Source: Octopus vulgaris
Taxonomy: Eukaryota
NCBI GenBank assembly: GCA_951406725.2
Contig: OX597827.1
Coordinates: forward strand, 77,438,001 to 77,502,000
Direction of reading: 5' to 3'
Length of the DNA stretch: 64,000 nucleotides
Translations under genes and position numbers: made by a program
Shown here: positions 1 through 13,695 of the stretch, piece after piece
Position numbering within the stretch: the stretch's first letter is position 1
Layout: each line of letters opens with the position of its first letter
The notes under the pieces: model-generated
What the model was told of the DNA's origin: nothing
Seen by the model: only the letters and a program-made list of their open reading frames with translations
The model's database searches: none

Positions 1-154
1 CTGAGAGTTTGGAGGGAAAGGGGCCTCGAGGAAGAAGAGGAGGAGAGAAAGGGGGAGTGCTTGTGTGTGTGTGTGTGTTCTACTGTATTCTAATACACAT
101 TCTAGCATGTTCAAGTGTCTTTCTTACAGTTGTGTAGTATTTCTAGAATCTTTT

Positions 155-255
155 TTATATATATATACACACACATATATATGTGTATATGCATATATAT
201 ATATGTATGTATAAATATATATATTTATATATATATATATATATGGATGTATATA

Positions 256-318
<63 letters not shown>

Positions 319-377
319 ATGCATATATATTTATATATGGATATATGTGTGTATATATGTATGTATATATATATATG

Positions 378-421
<44 letters not shown>

Positions 422-441
422 TATATCGATATATATATATA
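155..441. repeat. (TA)n / (TATG)n low-complexity microsatellite; similar tracts at ~1360-1610, 2145-2550, 18030-18660, 20245-20435 and 41905-42120
   Basis: Direct dinucleotide repeats. They account for the many YIYI/CVCV pseudo-ORFs in the ORF track. Confidence 0.95.
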
Positions 442-1359
442 TGAGGTGGCATCAAAAGGTTCCTGGACTTGTTATGTTTCATAAGAAATAACTTATTTAC
501 TTAAGTTTTCCCATTATCTCCTTCGAAATAGTCCACCTTGTCCAACAACACACTGGTCCCATCATTCCTGCCACTTTTGGAACCTAGCTTGGAAGTCTTT
601 TTCTGAAAGGGAGTCGAGGACCTTCTGCAATTCTCTCTTGATCTGTGACAACAGTGACCCCTTCGAGCTGCCTTTTCATCTAGTGGAAGAAATGGGAGTC
701 TGCAGGTCCTAAATCCGGGGAAGAGGGTGGGTGCAGAAGTGGTACCATGTTGTTCTTGGTGAGAAACTCCCAAGTGGCGAGGGCTCAGTGACGGTGCATT
801 GTGGTCATGTAGGATCTGATTGTTTGCGCTCCACAGGTCCGGTCGGTTTCACTGAATGTCCCCTCAAATGCTTCAAAATGTTGCAGTAGAACTCTCGATT
901 GATGGTATGGCCCTGTAGGACGAATCCTCAATGCGCACGATACCACATCTCCAGGGGTGACACTCACGGCAGCTCTTCCAGATCGTTCATAGTCTTCCAC
1001 CAGGGACATTCTTCTTTTTTTTTTTTTTCAAGCATCCGTGTCACTCGAAACATTGTATACGACCCATGTGCCTCGTTGCTGTAAGCTTGCCGAAGCATTT
1101 TCGATGCCGCTGTAGTAGACTCTGCAGGTTTAAGGTAAAACTTGATGTTGGATCTTTGCTCCATCTTCCTGTCCACGGCAAAATCGCAGATTTACAGCAG
1201 ACACACGGGATCACGAAACCTCGAATTTCACAACTTGTGAAGTAAACACAATAAAGTCACCCAGACACTGGCACATGAAGGTCACTGCGCACGCAACCAT
1301 GTGCTGCCATCTGTTAATGTACTACAGAACTAGTCCAGGAACTTTTTGATACCACCTCA
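442..1359 (-). mobile_element. Internally deleted, decayed mariner (Tc1/mariner, DD34D-type) DNA transposon
   Basis: ~28-bp TIRs: TGAGGTGGCATCAAAAGGTTCCTGGACT at 442 and AGTCCAGGAACTTTTTGATACCACCTCA ending 1359, with TA on the left. Frameshifted minus-strand transposase remnants: MEQRSNIKF..KMLRQAY, VEDYERSGR, LHDHNAPS (cf. LHHDNAPxH), HPPSSPDLGPADSHFF (cf. YSPDLAPxD) and DYFEGD. Confidence 0.9.
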
Positions 1360-1369
1360 TCATATGCAT

Positions 1370-1416
<47 letters not shown>

Positions 1417-2494
1417 CATACATACATACAGATACATACACAGTCATATATGTGAATATATATATTTGTATATATATATGTGTGTGTGTGTGCATATATA
1501 TGTGTATATATATATATGTGTATATATATATATGTGTATATATATATATGTGTGTGTATATATATATGTGTATGTATGCACATACATATGTATATATGTA
1601 TGTATCACGTTTTAAATAATGCCAAAGAATTTTTTTTTTTTTTAATTCTCTTGTTGATGTTGTATTTTTTAATCTTTTGACTTGCAGCAAAACATATATA
1701 CACCCTGTAGGGTGTAGAAATTTTTTTGTAATGTTTTTTTTTTAAAAAAAAAATGAAAATCATATACACCAATTTAACTGTTTTATATATTTTATATATA
1801 TATATATATAAATTCCATTTTTCCTTTTTGTTTTTTAATCGTATTTATTTTTTTTTATTAGTTTGTTTTACTTTTTACCTTCCTAACATGTCGGTCAGCT
1901 AAGAATTCACCGTATAATATATATTACATTTGCAAATATTTATATATATATATATATATTTATTTATTCAAACATGAAGCTCTGCACTGCGTTACGACAT
2001 CGAGTTGCCCGTTTCCTGAAAAACAGAAAGGAAACAGAGTGAAGCCTCAACTTTGAATAAACAAATATGGAGTTTACAACTTGTATTGAGTACACTTTTG
2101 TTTTTCGTTTCATTTTATGGCAGTAGTGGGAAATTGAAACAAGCACACACACACACACACATGTATATATGCATGTACCATATGTATATATGTGTGTGTG
2201 TATATATATCATGTATGTATATATATATGTGCATTATATATACAGGTGTCTGTATGTGAGTGTGTGTATATATATATATATATATACATCCTGTGTGTAT
2301 ATACATACAGACATACACATATATGTATATATATGTATACCATGTGTATGTGTGTGTGTGCTTATATATATATATGCATTATATATACATATACCATATA
2401 TATGTTTATATGTGTGTGTATATATATATCTATACCATGTATGTGTGTATATATATGCATTATATATAAACATATCTATGTGTGTGTGTGTGTT

Positions 2495-2525
<31 letters not shown>

Positions 2526-3392
2526 TGTGTGTATATACACACACACATATGCACATTTCATTTCACATATTACTACCAGACCCCCACCCCTATTCCGAAC
2601 ACCATGAACGTCACCCCCACCCCTTCCCCTCCAATATTTTCCATTATCCATTCTGTGGCAGTGTGCCGATCTTACAAATTGGGTTTTTTTTTTAAATATT
2701 TAAAATTTGAAGAAGAAAAAAAAAATCAAATAATTCAATTTTTTTTACAAGTCTTTTTAAAACTTTTTTTAATGAAACTAAGACACGTATTGTGCCTTTA
2801 CATTTCCTTGTCTGCCGTAGTTGGGGGGAGGGGACATGTCTCGCTCCATTCGGCAGACTATTAGCCCTGGGAATTCTTTACCGATTCCAGTATGCTGCCT
2901 CACATTTCCTATTTCTATTTCCCGCTAGGTTCGACTTTGACAGTTAATCCCTCTAAAGCTGATTAAGAATTCCTACCATCAATATCCTGAGGTTAATCCA
3001 CCTATCTACAGCTACCACCAACCCTGTCTCTTATAATAACTTGTGGTGGTCACGGTGATGGGGAAGGGCCTTGTATCTTGGCTCCAAAAGAACACATGGA
3101 TTTTTAATGTTTTTCTTATTATTTATTAATACAACAACAACTACTACTACTACTATTACTACTTGCAATTGTAGTGATAGTAGTATAACTGCTTTATTGG
3201 TGAAATGCTTAGCAGCACGTTGCCAATTGGTACATTCTGAGTTCAAATTCTGACATGTCAACTTTGCCTTTCATCCTTTTGGGGTTGATGTAATCGACTA
3301 TCACTCTCCCCAAATTTCAGATCTTCTGCCTATAGTAGAAAGGATTGTTATTATTATTATTATTATTATTACTACTACTACTACTACTACTA

Positions 3393-4615
3393 AGGTGGCA
3401 AGCTGGCCAAATTGTTAGCACACCAGGCAAAATGCTTAGCGGTATTTCACTTGACTTTGTGTTCTGAGTTCAAATTCTGCCGAGGTCGACTTCGTCTTTC
3501 ATCCTTTCAGGGTGAACAATAGGGTTGATGTGATCAACCTACCCCCTCCCCCGAAATTGTTGGCCTTGTGCCAAAATTTGAAATCATTATTATTATGATT
3601 TCTAAGATGGTAAGCTGGTAAAATTGATAAGTGTGCTGGGCAAACATTGCCTAGGTTGACTTTACTTTTCATCCTTTCAGGGCTGATAAAATAAGTACCA
3701 GTTGAACACTGGGGCTGATATAATCGACTTACTCTCATCCCTAAAATTGGTAGCCCTGTTCTCAGAATCTAAAGATTTTGGAGAAGTATTTTGTTCAATG
3801 TGCTAATGAATCTGTCAGTTCAACAACAACAACGATAATTATCCTTTCTATTACAGGCACAAGGCCTGAAGTTTTGCAAGGAGGGGTCTTGTTGATTACA
3901 GCTACCCCAGGGCTCAATTGGTACTTTTTTCATCGATCCCTCAAGGGATGAAAAGCAAAGTCAACCTCGGCAGAATTTGATCTTGAGAATGTGGAGACAA
4001 ACAGAATGCTTTTGTCCAGCTTGCTAACAATTCTGCCAGCTCACCACCTTAATAAAAATAATAATAATAATTTTATTCTCAAATGCAGAATAATGCTGAT
4101 AAAATAGCATGAACAGGATAAATTACCCGTATTTTGCAGAAAAATGTGTCAGCAGCCAGCCATAAGACTCGAAATCACATCTCTGTGATTATGTGTCACA
4201 GTGCTTTACCTTTAAGCTAAACTGACCACATGGGCAGTTTGTCTTGTTCATGCTATATTATGAGCATTATCCTGTGTCTAAGAATAAAATTATTTCCTTA
4301 TCTTTCAATACATCTCAACGCTTCTAAAGCAAACTTTTTGTTTAATTTCATCATAATTTGAATAATAATAATAATTATTATTATTATTATTATTATTATT
4401 AAAGCGGTGAGCTGGCAAAATCATTAGTGCATCGGCCGAAATGCCTAACCTGTATTTTGCCCACTCTACATTCTGAGTTCAAATTCCGCCGAGGTTGGCT
4501 TTGCCTTTCATCCTTTTGGGGTTCTTTAAATAAGTACCAGTTATGCACTGGGGATCAATGTAATCGACTTAATCTCCTCCCCCAAGCTGCCCCTGTGGCA
4601 AAAATTTGAAATCAT
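3393..4615. mobile_element. Cluster of tRNA-derived SINE family A copies (approx. 3393-3590 +, 3608-3760 +, 3845-4050 -, 4402-4615 +)
   Basis: Recurring head GGCGGYGAGCTGGCAGAATCGTTAGCAC, B-box GAGTTCAAATTC and core GCCTTTCATCCTTTCGGGGTCGATAAA..AAGTACCAG. Confidence 0.8.
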
Positions 4616-4684
4616 TATTGTTATAAGAGCAGTGTTTATGTTTGTAGTTTAACCAAAACAGTAAGAATTATGATTTTATTGTTC

Positions 4685-4908
4685 CTTTGCTTCTTTCAGT
4701 CATTGGACAGTGGCCATGCTGGAGCACTGCCTTGAAGGTTAGTTGAACAAATCAATGCTCCCATACTTCTATTAAGTCTGGTACTTATACTCTCAGTTTC
4801 TCTTTGCTGAACTGCTAAGTTAGAAAGACGGAAACAAACCAACACCAGTTATCAAATGGTGGCGTAACATACACAGACGCACAGACACACACATATACTC
4901 ATGTACAC

Positions 4909-4965
<57 letters not shown>

Positions 4966-5147
4966 CACGCACACATATATACGATGGGATTCCACACAGT
5001 TTCCGTCAAGCAGATTCACCCAGAAAGCTATGGTTAGCCCAGGATTTTAATAGAAGACATTTGCCCATGGTGCCACACAGTGTGATTGAACCAAAGACTG
5101 TATGGTTGCAAAGTAAACTCCTCAACCAACCACACAGCCATGCCTGC
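4685..5147 (-). mobile_element. tRNA-derived SINE family B (CORE-like, internal (TA)/(CA) tract)
   Basis: Reverse complement of the family B layout seen at 51750-52168. Confidence 0.75.
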
Positions 5148-5556
5148 GCCAATGTCTTTAACACTTTCTGGAATTTGAAGATTTTTTTTGTTTTTTATTT
5201 CATTTTTTTTTTTTTAACTTCACCGAGTCGTGAGTTCAATTGGCACCAAGTGAAAACTTTCCTTTTTGTCCTTCCTGGGGAAATGAAATATTGTAAAATG
5301 TAACTGTAAATGGAAATTAATAATAAAAAAACAAAACAAAATAAAACAAATGTCATTTTTTGAGTTAATTATGAATTTTCATGTTTGTATTAAATTTAAG
5401 GAATATCTCAAACTGTTGTTGGTGTTGTTTTTGCTGTTGTTTGGACCCTGATCAGCTCCGACAGTTCGCTTCGAGGCCTGTGGTGCATTGTGGGTAATAA
5501 AATGCAATATGCTGAACATTTCTGATTTTTAAATTACAATTCAAAATCAAATTCGA

Positions 5557-6005
5557 TGACTGGTATCCATGCTAGCGGGGTACAAAGAGCACCATACGAG
5601 TGTGATCATTGACAGAGAGGCAAACCAGCTTCTGTGCCAGTGGCACATAAAAGGCACCATTCGAGTGTGATCGTTACCAGCGTCGCCTTACTGGCACTTG
5701 TGCCTGTGCTAGTAGGGTACCAAGAGCACCATTCGTGTGTGATCGTTACCAGCGTCGCCTTACTGGTACCTGTGCCGGTGGCATGTGTAAAAAGATTCAA
5801 GCGAGGTCATTGCCAGTACCACCTGGCTGGCATCTGTGCCGGTGGCACATAAAAAGCACCCACTACACTCTCGAAGTGTTTGGCGTCAGGAAGGGCATCC
5901 AGCTGTAGAAACTCTGCTAGATCAAGATTGGAGTCTGGTTCGCCAGCCCTCAGTCAAAATTGTCCAACCCATGCAAGCATGGAAAGCGGACGTTAAACGA
6001 TGATG
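5557..6005 (+). mobile_element. 3' UTR and tail of an RTE-clade LINE (5'-truncated), with internal tandem units
   Basis: GGAAGGGCATCCAGCTGTAGAAAC..CCCATGCAAGCATGGAAAGCGGACGTTAAACGATGATGA tail. The same tail is contiguous with RT-ORF C-terminal sequence at 9588-10110 and 50668-51645. Other copies lie at ~6150-6350, 8100-8410, 27580-28192, 30170-30670, 35790-36220, 43915-44240 and 47068-47192. Confidence 0.8.
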
Positions 6006-6419
6006 AATTTAAAGCAGCTCTAGTAATGTCTAACATTATTAGTCACACATACATAATGTATGTGTTTGTTTATAAGCCAAATTTGCTGCGGTATAGCATC
6101 TGAGGAAAGTTCCAAGGTCATTTGGGGAGATTTCCCTAGACACTATCCACTCCAATCTTGATTTGACAGAGTTTCTACAGCTGGATGCCCTTCCTAATGC
6201 CAACCACTTCGAAAGTGTAGTGGGTGCTTTTTACATGCCACCGGCATGAGGGCCAGTCAGGCGGTACTGGCAACGACCTCACTCGAATCTTTTTACAGGT
6301 GCTGGTGAAGCAACGTTGGTAACGATCACGCTCGAATGGTGCCCTTTTACGCACAATGTTAATGAAAAAACACCCCACTGGGTTACGAATAATGCTGTCA
6401 GTCTGTAACTAGCGCTGTT

Positions 6420-6710
6420 GCGAGGGTTCCAGTTGATCTGATCAATGGAACAGCCTGCTCATGAAACTAACGTGCAAGTGGCTGAGTACTCCACAGACAC
6501 TTGCAAGTTAATATCCTTGCATTATGGTTCAATGTGACAAGGCTGGCCTTTTGAATTACAAGTATAGCTTGTTTTTGCCAGCTGAGTGGACTGGAGTAAT
6601 ATGGAATAAAGTGTTTTTATTCAAGGCACTGCTAGGGATCAAACACAGGACCTTACAACTATGGGTCAAAATTCTTAACTACTAAGTCACACACCTTCAC
6701 CCCTGGAATC
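6420..6710 (-). mobile_element. Degenerate tRNA-derived SINE of a third family
   Basis: Minus strand reads as a decayed A-box/B-box head followed by CCTTGAATAAAAACAC..CTCCAGTCCACTCAGCTGGCAAAA. Confidence 0.5.
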
Positions 6711-6944
6711 AGATTGTAGGATGCTTATTTCTGCACTTATGCTTCATCAGCTACAGACCCTGAGTCTGCTGTTCAAAGCCCATTAAAAATTGCCACTTTT
6801 GTATATATTTAAACAGCAAATAATACATTTGCTGTTGTGTGCAAAGCTTTGCTAAGCAGGAATTAATTAGCGAACGGCATCTAAACAGCATTGAATGAAA
6901 TATTGGTGTATACACTTATATTAAACATCTTCATACACACTAAA

Positions 6945-7390
6945 ATATGGAAGACGTCCAACATTTAGGAAGTAAGAGTCATTGATATTAAAGCGAAAAT
7001 GGTAGTCAACAGTGCAAGGTCTTCTCAATGGCAGTACAAGGTGGACATACAACAGCAAGGAGAAACGAGTGGATGTCGTCCATCAAAGATGTTTGAGCTG
7101 TGTCTTTCATATGAAAGATATATTTGGTGATAAAATCACCTGTTTAGAAAAATCCATTAGAAATGGACTGGAGAAAGTAATGGTAATTCGGAAAAGGAGA
7201 AGATTAAAAGTGGTTGGGTCTTGTACTAAGAATGAAATAATGGAAAGGCACAGAGAAGAAGGGCCCTGGTATTGAAACTCCTGGCGAGTGGATAGTGGGG
7301 AGGTCTAGGTTCAAATTCTAAAGATGTACGGAAAAAATATTTGCCTGAAACGCGACAAAATGTCTTGTTTAGATGGGAAAATTACAGACA
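6945..7390 (+). pseudogene. Decayed RTE-clade LINE ORF C-terminal fragment
   Basis: LLNGSTRW..EKRVDVVHQRCL..DKIT..IRKRRRLK, continuing after a frameshift to WLGLVLRM. This matches the RTE pattern LLYGSETW..RLDVFHQRCLR..RRLRWLGHVLRM. Confidence 0.7.
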
Positions 7391-8577
7391 CACGAATGTG
7401 AATATACTGATGTGTTGTACAACATAAAGTAAGCTGAGGACTCAGTGTACACACATGCATCTCTTTATCTATTTCTTTTTTCTTTTCCTTCTTTCAGTCA
7501 AACTGCAGCCATGCTGGGCCACTGCCAGGAAGAATGTTAGTCAAACGAGTCAACCTCAGGGCTTATTATTATTTTTTTTTGAAAGCTTGGTACTTATTCT
7601 ATTGGTCCCTTTTGCCAAACCGCTAGGTTACGGGGACTTAAATCTTAAATTCACCAATGCTGATTGTTGTGTTGGGGGACAAACACAGACACACACACAG
7701 ATACCAGAGAGGCTTCTTTCAGTTTCTGCCTACCAAATCCACTGACAAGGCTTTAGTCAGCCGAAGGCTATAGTAAAAGACATATACTAAGCATTTTGTA
7801 CCAGAGAAGGAACAAAAACTAATTCACCTTTCCAGTACCAGGTACTCCATTACAAGTCATCATCAATACACACACAAACACATCTGTTTATCGGAAACTG
7901 AACTTTCATCCTTGCTTCTCTTCAGTTGTGAACAATCCAGAATATGAAATTCACAAAAGTAATTCTAAAGCTTCAATTTCCTCTAAATATTGAACAATTC
8001 TTCCCTTTTGCTGTGAATACATTTTTTTAATCATGCTTGTATGTAGCTACATCCACTAACCACTTCCCTCTCTCTCTATCAAATGGAAATAGTAGTTGTG
8101 ATACCTCTGCCGGTGGCACGTAAAAAAAAGCACCATCCGAACGTGGCCGATGCCAGCACTGCCTTGACTGGATTCTGTGCCGGTGGCACATAAAAAGCAC
8201 CAACCGATCGGGGCCGCTGCCAGATTCCCCTGGCACATAAAAAGCACCCACAACACTCACGGAGTGGTTGGCGTTAGGAAGGGCATCCAGCTGTAGAAAC
8301 ACTACCAGATCAGACAGGAGCCTGGTGCAGCCTCCTGGCTTCCCAGACCCCGGTTGAACCGTCCAACCCGTGCCAGCCCGGAAAGCGGATGTTAGACGAT
8401 GATGATGATGATATATATATACATATATAGAAATATATGTATTCATACACATACACACACAAATATACATATGCATCTATTCATCTGTCTGTCTGTCTCT
8501 CTCTCTCTCTCTGTTTATAGCAAGTGGTATTTTAACACCCTATTGAATTTTGTTTTGACATATATATGCATACATAC

Positions 8578-8628
<51 letters not shown>

Positions 8629-9029
8629 ACACAGGGTGGCGTCATCTGAAGGCTAAAACAATACAAAGCACATTGTGACCAGCGATGTGTAACAACATCT
8701 GATAGCCTGGTCGGTCACGGTGATATATATATATATATATGTGTGTATAATGTTGACATGCATTGCAGACAGTCACCCATTATCTCCCCTATACATACAT
8801 ACATATATATATACATCGTATCATATGATATCGTTTAACAATCTTATTTATGAGGTCACTGTTGTCCCCCATTTTCAGCATCAAAATGTTTTATAGCCGT
8901 TGGTTTTACACACGAGTGCACACACACACAAACATACAAACACATGCTCTTTCTTCCTCTCTCTTTATGTGTATTATTTGTCTTATTTTCTCTCTCTTAA
9001 CAACTCTCCTTTTCCGTTTATCTCTCTCT

Positions 9030-9123
9030 TTCTATCTATCTAACTATCTATCTGTCTATCTATTTCTCTGTCTATCTATCTATGTATTTATCTATCTATC
9101 TATCTATCTATCTATCTGTCTGT

Positions 9124-9196
<73 letters not shown>

Positions 9197-9219
9197 CATT
9201 TATCTATCTATCTATCTGC

Positions 9220-9269
<50 letters not shown>

Positions 9270-9370
9270 GCCTATCTATCTATCTATCTCTCTATTTATC
9301 TATCTATCTAACTATCTGTCTGTCTCTCTCTCTCTCTCTATCTATCTACCTATCTGTCTGTCTGTCTATT
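9030..9370. repeat. (TATC)n tetranucleotide microsatellite; a second tract at ~19775-19960
   Basis: Direct repeats; source of the SIYL pseudo-ORFs. Confidence 0.95.
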
Positions 9371-9587
9371 TCTGAATATTTTTCATATTTTCTGTTTTTT
9401 CAAAATAAACAACACATTTTCTTTCTCACGCCAACGCATTTGTTTTGTCATTTTTTTTGTCTTCTTGTTTGTGTTTTGTCTTTTATCTTATTGTTCTTTT
9501 CTTTCTTTTCATTCTTCATATGTTCATAGATATGTGTGTATGTGTATCTATGTTTATATGTGTGTGTGTGTTTATATGTATATAAAT

Positions 9588-10110
9588 CATCATCATCATC
9601 GTTTAGTGTCTGCTTTCCATGCTAGCATGAGTTGAACGGTTCAACTGGGGTCTGGGAAGCCAGAAGGCTGCATCAGGCCCAGCCTGATCTGGTAATGTTT
9701 CTACAGCTGGATGCCCTTCCTAACGCCAACCACTCCGCAAGTGTAGTGGGTGCTTTTTACGTGCCACCTGCACAGGTGCCAGATGAGGCTGGCAAACGGC
9801 CACGATCGGATGGTGCTTTTTACGTGCCACTGGCAACGGCCACGATCGGATGGTGCTTTTATGTGTCACAGCTACAATTTCCATTGATGTTGATCGATTT
9901 TGATTTTGATTTTCACTTGCCTCAACAGGTCTTCACAAGTAGAGTTTTATGTCCCAAGAAGGAATGGTATGCATAGGTGGACTGAGGCCATGGGTTATGG
10001 TCTCACTTGTCCTGCCGGGTCTTCTCACGCACAGCATACTTCCAAAGGTCTCGGTCTCGAGTCATTTCCTCGGTGAGACCTAAAGTTCGAAGGTCGTGCT
10101 TCACCACCTG
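9588..10110 (-). mobile_element. RTE-clade LINE 3' end (ORF terminus, 3' UTR and (ATG)n tail)
   Basis: Encodes VVKHDLRTLGLTEEMTRDRDLWKYAVREKTRQDK* (stop at 10003), followed by the 3' UTR and GAT-repeat tail. Confidence 0.85.
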
Positions 10111-10152
10111 GTATGAGGTGGTGGTGAAATCATATATATATATATATATATA

Positions 10153-12147
10153 GGCACAGGCATGGCTGTGTGGTAAGAAGCTTGCTTTCCAACCACATGG
10201 TTCTGGGTTCAGCCTCACTGTCTTCTACTATAGCCTCGGGCCAACGAAAGCCTTGTGGATTGATTTGGTAGACTGAAAGAAGCCTGTCTGATATTTATAG
10301 ATTTATGTGTGTATCTTCATGTCTGTTTGTCCCTGCTGCCATCATCTATGTCCCCATAACTTAGTGTCTTGGCAAAAGTACTTGGCTTACAAAGAATAAG
10401 TCCTGGGAGCAGTTTCTTTGATTAAAAAAATCTCTTTGGCCGCAGTCAAATCATCATCATCATCAATTAATGTCCCCTCTCCATGCTGGCATCGGTTAGA
10501 CGGTTTCACTGGAACTGGTTACCCTGAGAACTCCACCAGGTTCCAGTGTGATTTGGCATGGTTTCTACAGCTGGATGCCCTTCCTAATGCCAACCACTCC
10601 AAACTATAATCATGTATGTGTATGTGCGTGCGCACATAGATGCTGTTGTTTATTATACACTGTTTAAAACCTGTGTTATGTCTCCTATGCCCGTTGAATC
10701 CCATTTTACTGGGGTGGACCCTCCAAGCTGTTTAATGTTTAAAAAAACCCATATTTTCATGATTAAATATTATTAGGAATTATATAAAAACAAAAAGTTA
10801 TTTAAATATTTTGTGCACTGCAGAATTATAACGAGTTTACTCTATGTAAATTTTAACAACAGAATCTTAAATGGACCCACAGGGTCATAAGGACCCTTGT
10901 TGAGAACCACTGAAAATAAGGGATAGACAGACAGACAGATAAGATTGATAGATAGATTCTTTTATTTGTTTCAGGCATTTGACTGGCCATGCTGGAGTAT
11001 CACTTTTAGTTGAACAAATCGACCGCAGGACTTATTCTTTGTAAGCCTAGTACTTATTCTATCAGTCACTTTTGTTGAACTGCTAAGTTATGGGGAGGTA
11101 AACACACCAACATTGGTTGTCAAGCAATGTTGGCAGGGGGACAAACACAATCACACCCACACACATATATACGAGCTTCCTTCAGTTTCTGTCTACCAAA
11201 TCCACTCACAAGGCTTTGCTTGGCCTGAGGCTGTAGTAGAAAGCACTTGCCCAAGGTACCACATAGTGGGACTGAACCCAGAACTATGTGACTGGTCAGC
11301 AAGCTAATTACCACACAGCCACTCCTAGATAAATTTTATGGAAATAAGTGTTGGTGTGGACATGAGAATAAATGGTAGTGGCTGTGTGGTAAGAAGCTCA
11401 CTTCCCAACCACAGGGTTCCGGGTTCAGTCCCACTTTGTGCTATCTTGTGCAAGTGTCTTCTACTATAGCCTTGGGCTGACCAAATCCTTCTTAGTGGAT
11501 TTGGTAAAGAGAAACTGAAAAAAGCCCATTGTTGGTGGCACGTAAAAAGCACTGCCCAAACGTGGCCGATGCCAGCACTGCCTTGACTGGCTTCTGTGCT
11601 GGTAGCACATAAAAAGTACCAACCGATCGTGGTCATTGCCAGCCTCCTCTGGCCCCTGTGCTGGTGGCATATAAAAAGCACCTACTACACTCTTGGAGTG
11701 ACAGACGTCACTTGTTGACAGGCATGATGCTGTGGCTTTGGTCTGAGAGAAAACCTTATCTTCTGTCTGTTATTTGTTTCACCCATTAGACTACGACCAT
11801 GCTGGTGCACTGCTTCAACGAATTTTTTGTTGAATGAATCAGTCTCAGTACTTATTCTATCAGTCTCATTTGCCAAACTGCTATGTTATGGGAAAGTAAC
11901 TGCAGCAGCCCTGGTTGTCAAGGTGTAGTGGGGGACAAACACAGACACGTACATACACACGTGCACACACACCTGCATGTGCACACGAACACAACAGGCT
12001 TCTTTCAGTTCTGTCTACGAAATTCACTCACGAGGCTTTAGTTGGACTGAGGTGATAGTAGAAGATACTTCCTCATGGTACCACAGAGTGGGACTGAACC
12101 AAAAACCATGTAGTTGGGAAGAAATCTTCTTACTACACAGTCATGGC
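10153..12147. mobile_element. Cluster of SINE family B copies (10153-10455 +, 10958-11325 -, 11373-11525 +, 11765-12147 -) with RTE-tail and hAT-MITE fragments
   Basis: Repeated GGCTGTGTGGTAAGAAGCTT..GGGTTCAGTCCCAC heads and GACTGAAACAAGTAAAAGA-like tails. Confidence 0.75.
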
Positions 12148-12949
12148 AGTGTTTACAGTACTGAGTTTTTAATCCCAATGAAGGGGTTTTCTCTCAGACA
12201 AAGACCACAACATCATTCCTTTCTGTGGTGTATATACATTTAGTATGATACACTGATGTCTATTGTATTACTCATTCATACTGTGTTGTGCATGATGTGT
12301 GTGTGTGTGAGTGCATTGAAATGAAATGGATACTTTGTATCATTATTATATAATGTTTCATGTAATGCGTAACAAAATATTTCTTTCAACTATCAGCAAA
12401 AAACCTGAAATTTTAGGTTAGTGTGGGACTGGTTGATCATGGTATGCATGGGTGACCTGCAATCACCCATGCATACCAGCCTCTCCTCTCCACACTACTA
12501 ATGTGTGCATAGTAGAAGACACTTGTTGGAGACGGTGAAGAGAGGGACTGAACCCCAAATGACATAGTTGAAAAGTTAACTCTTTCACTACACATTCAAG
12601 TCTGCACTTTATTTGGTCTTTGAGTTATTTCCAGGCTCCTGTTTAGCTAATATCTATATCTCTCAATGGTTTCTGTAAACATTTAAGAGTCCCCTTCATG
12701 ACTATGGTTGGTCTCAAATATGTAGAATCCTTCAGATGTGTAGATTAAAAAAAGAAAAAGTGTGTGTGTGCATCTCAAAACCGTCCATCTATGTAGCATA
12801 AAATGGATCTTGGAGATCAAGAGGGCTGACTGAGCCATTAACAATGACATCCTGTCTTACATCCACATTACTCTTCCTCCCACAACAACACCACCTTTGC
12901 TAGTTGAGTCACAAACAAATATATCAGTTTGTAATTTCTCAAAAGCCCT

Positions 12950-13265
12950 TCAGTGTGGGTACCTGGGCGCCAGCGAAAGAAGACAAGGATGACTCCATGT
13001 TCATTTCGAAAATGTCTGTTAGAGAGATAGGAAGTCTCTTTGCATGAATGTCGAAAGGTGGGAGAACATTGTTGATAATCGCTCGCACAGGAGATTGATT
13101 GGGACTAGTGAAGAGTTTCAAAAGACTGAAGGAGAGTTTGAGGCTTGCTGATGAAGAAAAGCAGTCATTGATAAAAGAATGTACCAAGACAAGACCAGAG
13201 GACAGTGCCATCAATTGCAGTCACGGAAGATAGGACTATCACTAAGAAGACCAAAGCATGACCTT
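12950..13265 (+). pseudogene. Decayed RTE-clade LINE C-terminal fragment with a terminal C2H2-like knuckle remnant
   Basis: Frameshifted translation FENVC*RDRKSLCMNVERWENIVDNRS..EEKQSL..AINCSHGR resembles the RTE pattern RFKDVCKRDLK..WE.LA.DRS.WR..F.C..CGRDCHSR. Confidence 0.6.
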
Positions 13266-13335
13266 TCAGGTGTAAATCCATGGGGTCACAAGTGTAAAAG
13301 TATCTTTCCAATATATTGGTCTATATACAGCCTAA

Positions 13336-13695
13336 GGTTTTAAAATGAAAGTAAATTAACCGGAAGTGACATCCCATAATTCCATGAAATAAATATGTTC
13401 ACGAAAACGATTTATGTCACATACTATGTATAGAACATATTTAATTTTTGCATTACACTATAACCCGTACGCATAGTTTATGTAAGAAAACCAGCAACAT
13501 ATATGCTAGATATAGCACTGTTTCTGTAATACTTAACATATCACTAGAATGTAATATATATATAAGGGTATCGGTGGGCGTTGGACGAGGCAGTTTCGTT
13601 AATAAAATTAAGGGATTTCACCAGTTCGTTTTAGGAAACAATGGGTTGTCCCATTCGTCACTTCCGGTAAATTGTTATATATTTTTTAAAACCCC
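13336..13695. mobile_element. MITE, possibly PIF/Harbinger-like
   Basis: Imperfect ~35-bp TIRs (GGTTTTAAAA..AATTAACCGGAAGTGAC and GTCACTTCCGGTAAATT..TTTTAAAACC), with TAA flanking both ends. Confidence 0.6.

Noticed and set aside
115-2864. Many 60-230 aa ORFs rich in Y/I/C/V/H/T (also at 8850-9375, 18214-19299, 20141-20513 and 41708-42163)
   Set aside because: They are translations of (TA)n, (TG)n and (TATC)n microsatellites that lack stop codons.
12939-13214. 91-aa minus-strand ORF
   Set aside because: It is the antisense of the decayed + strand RTE fragment.
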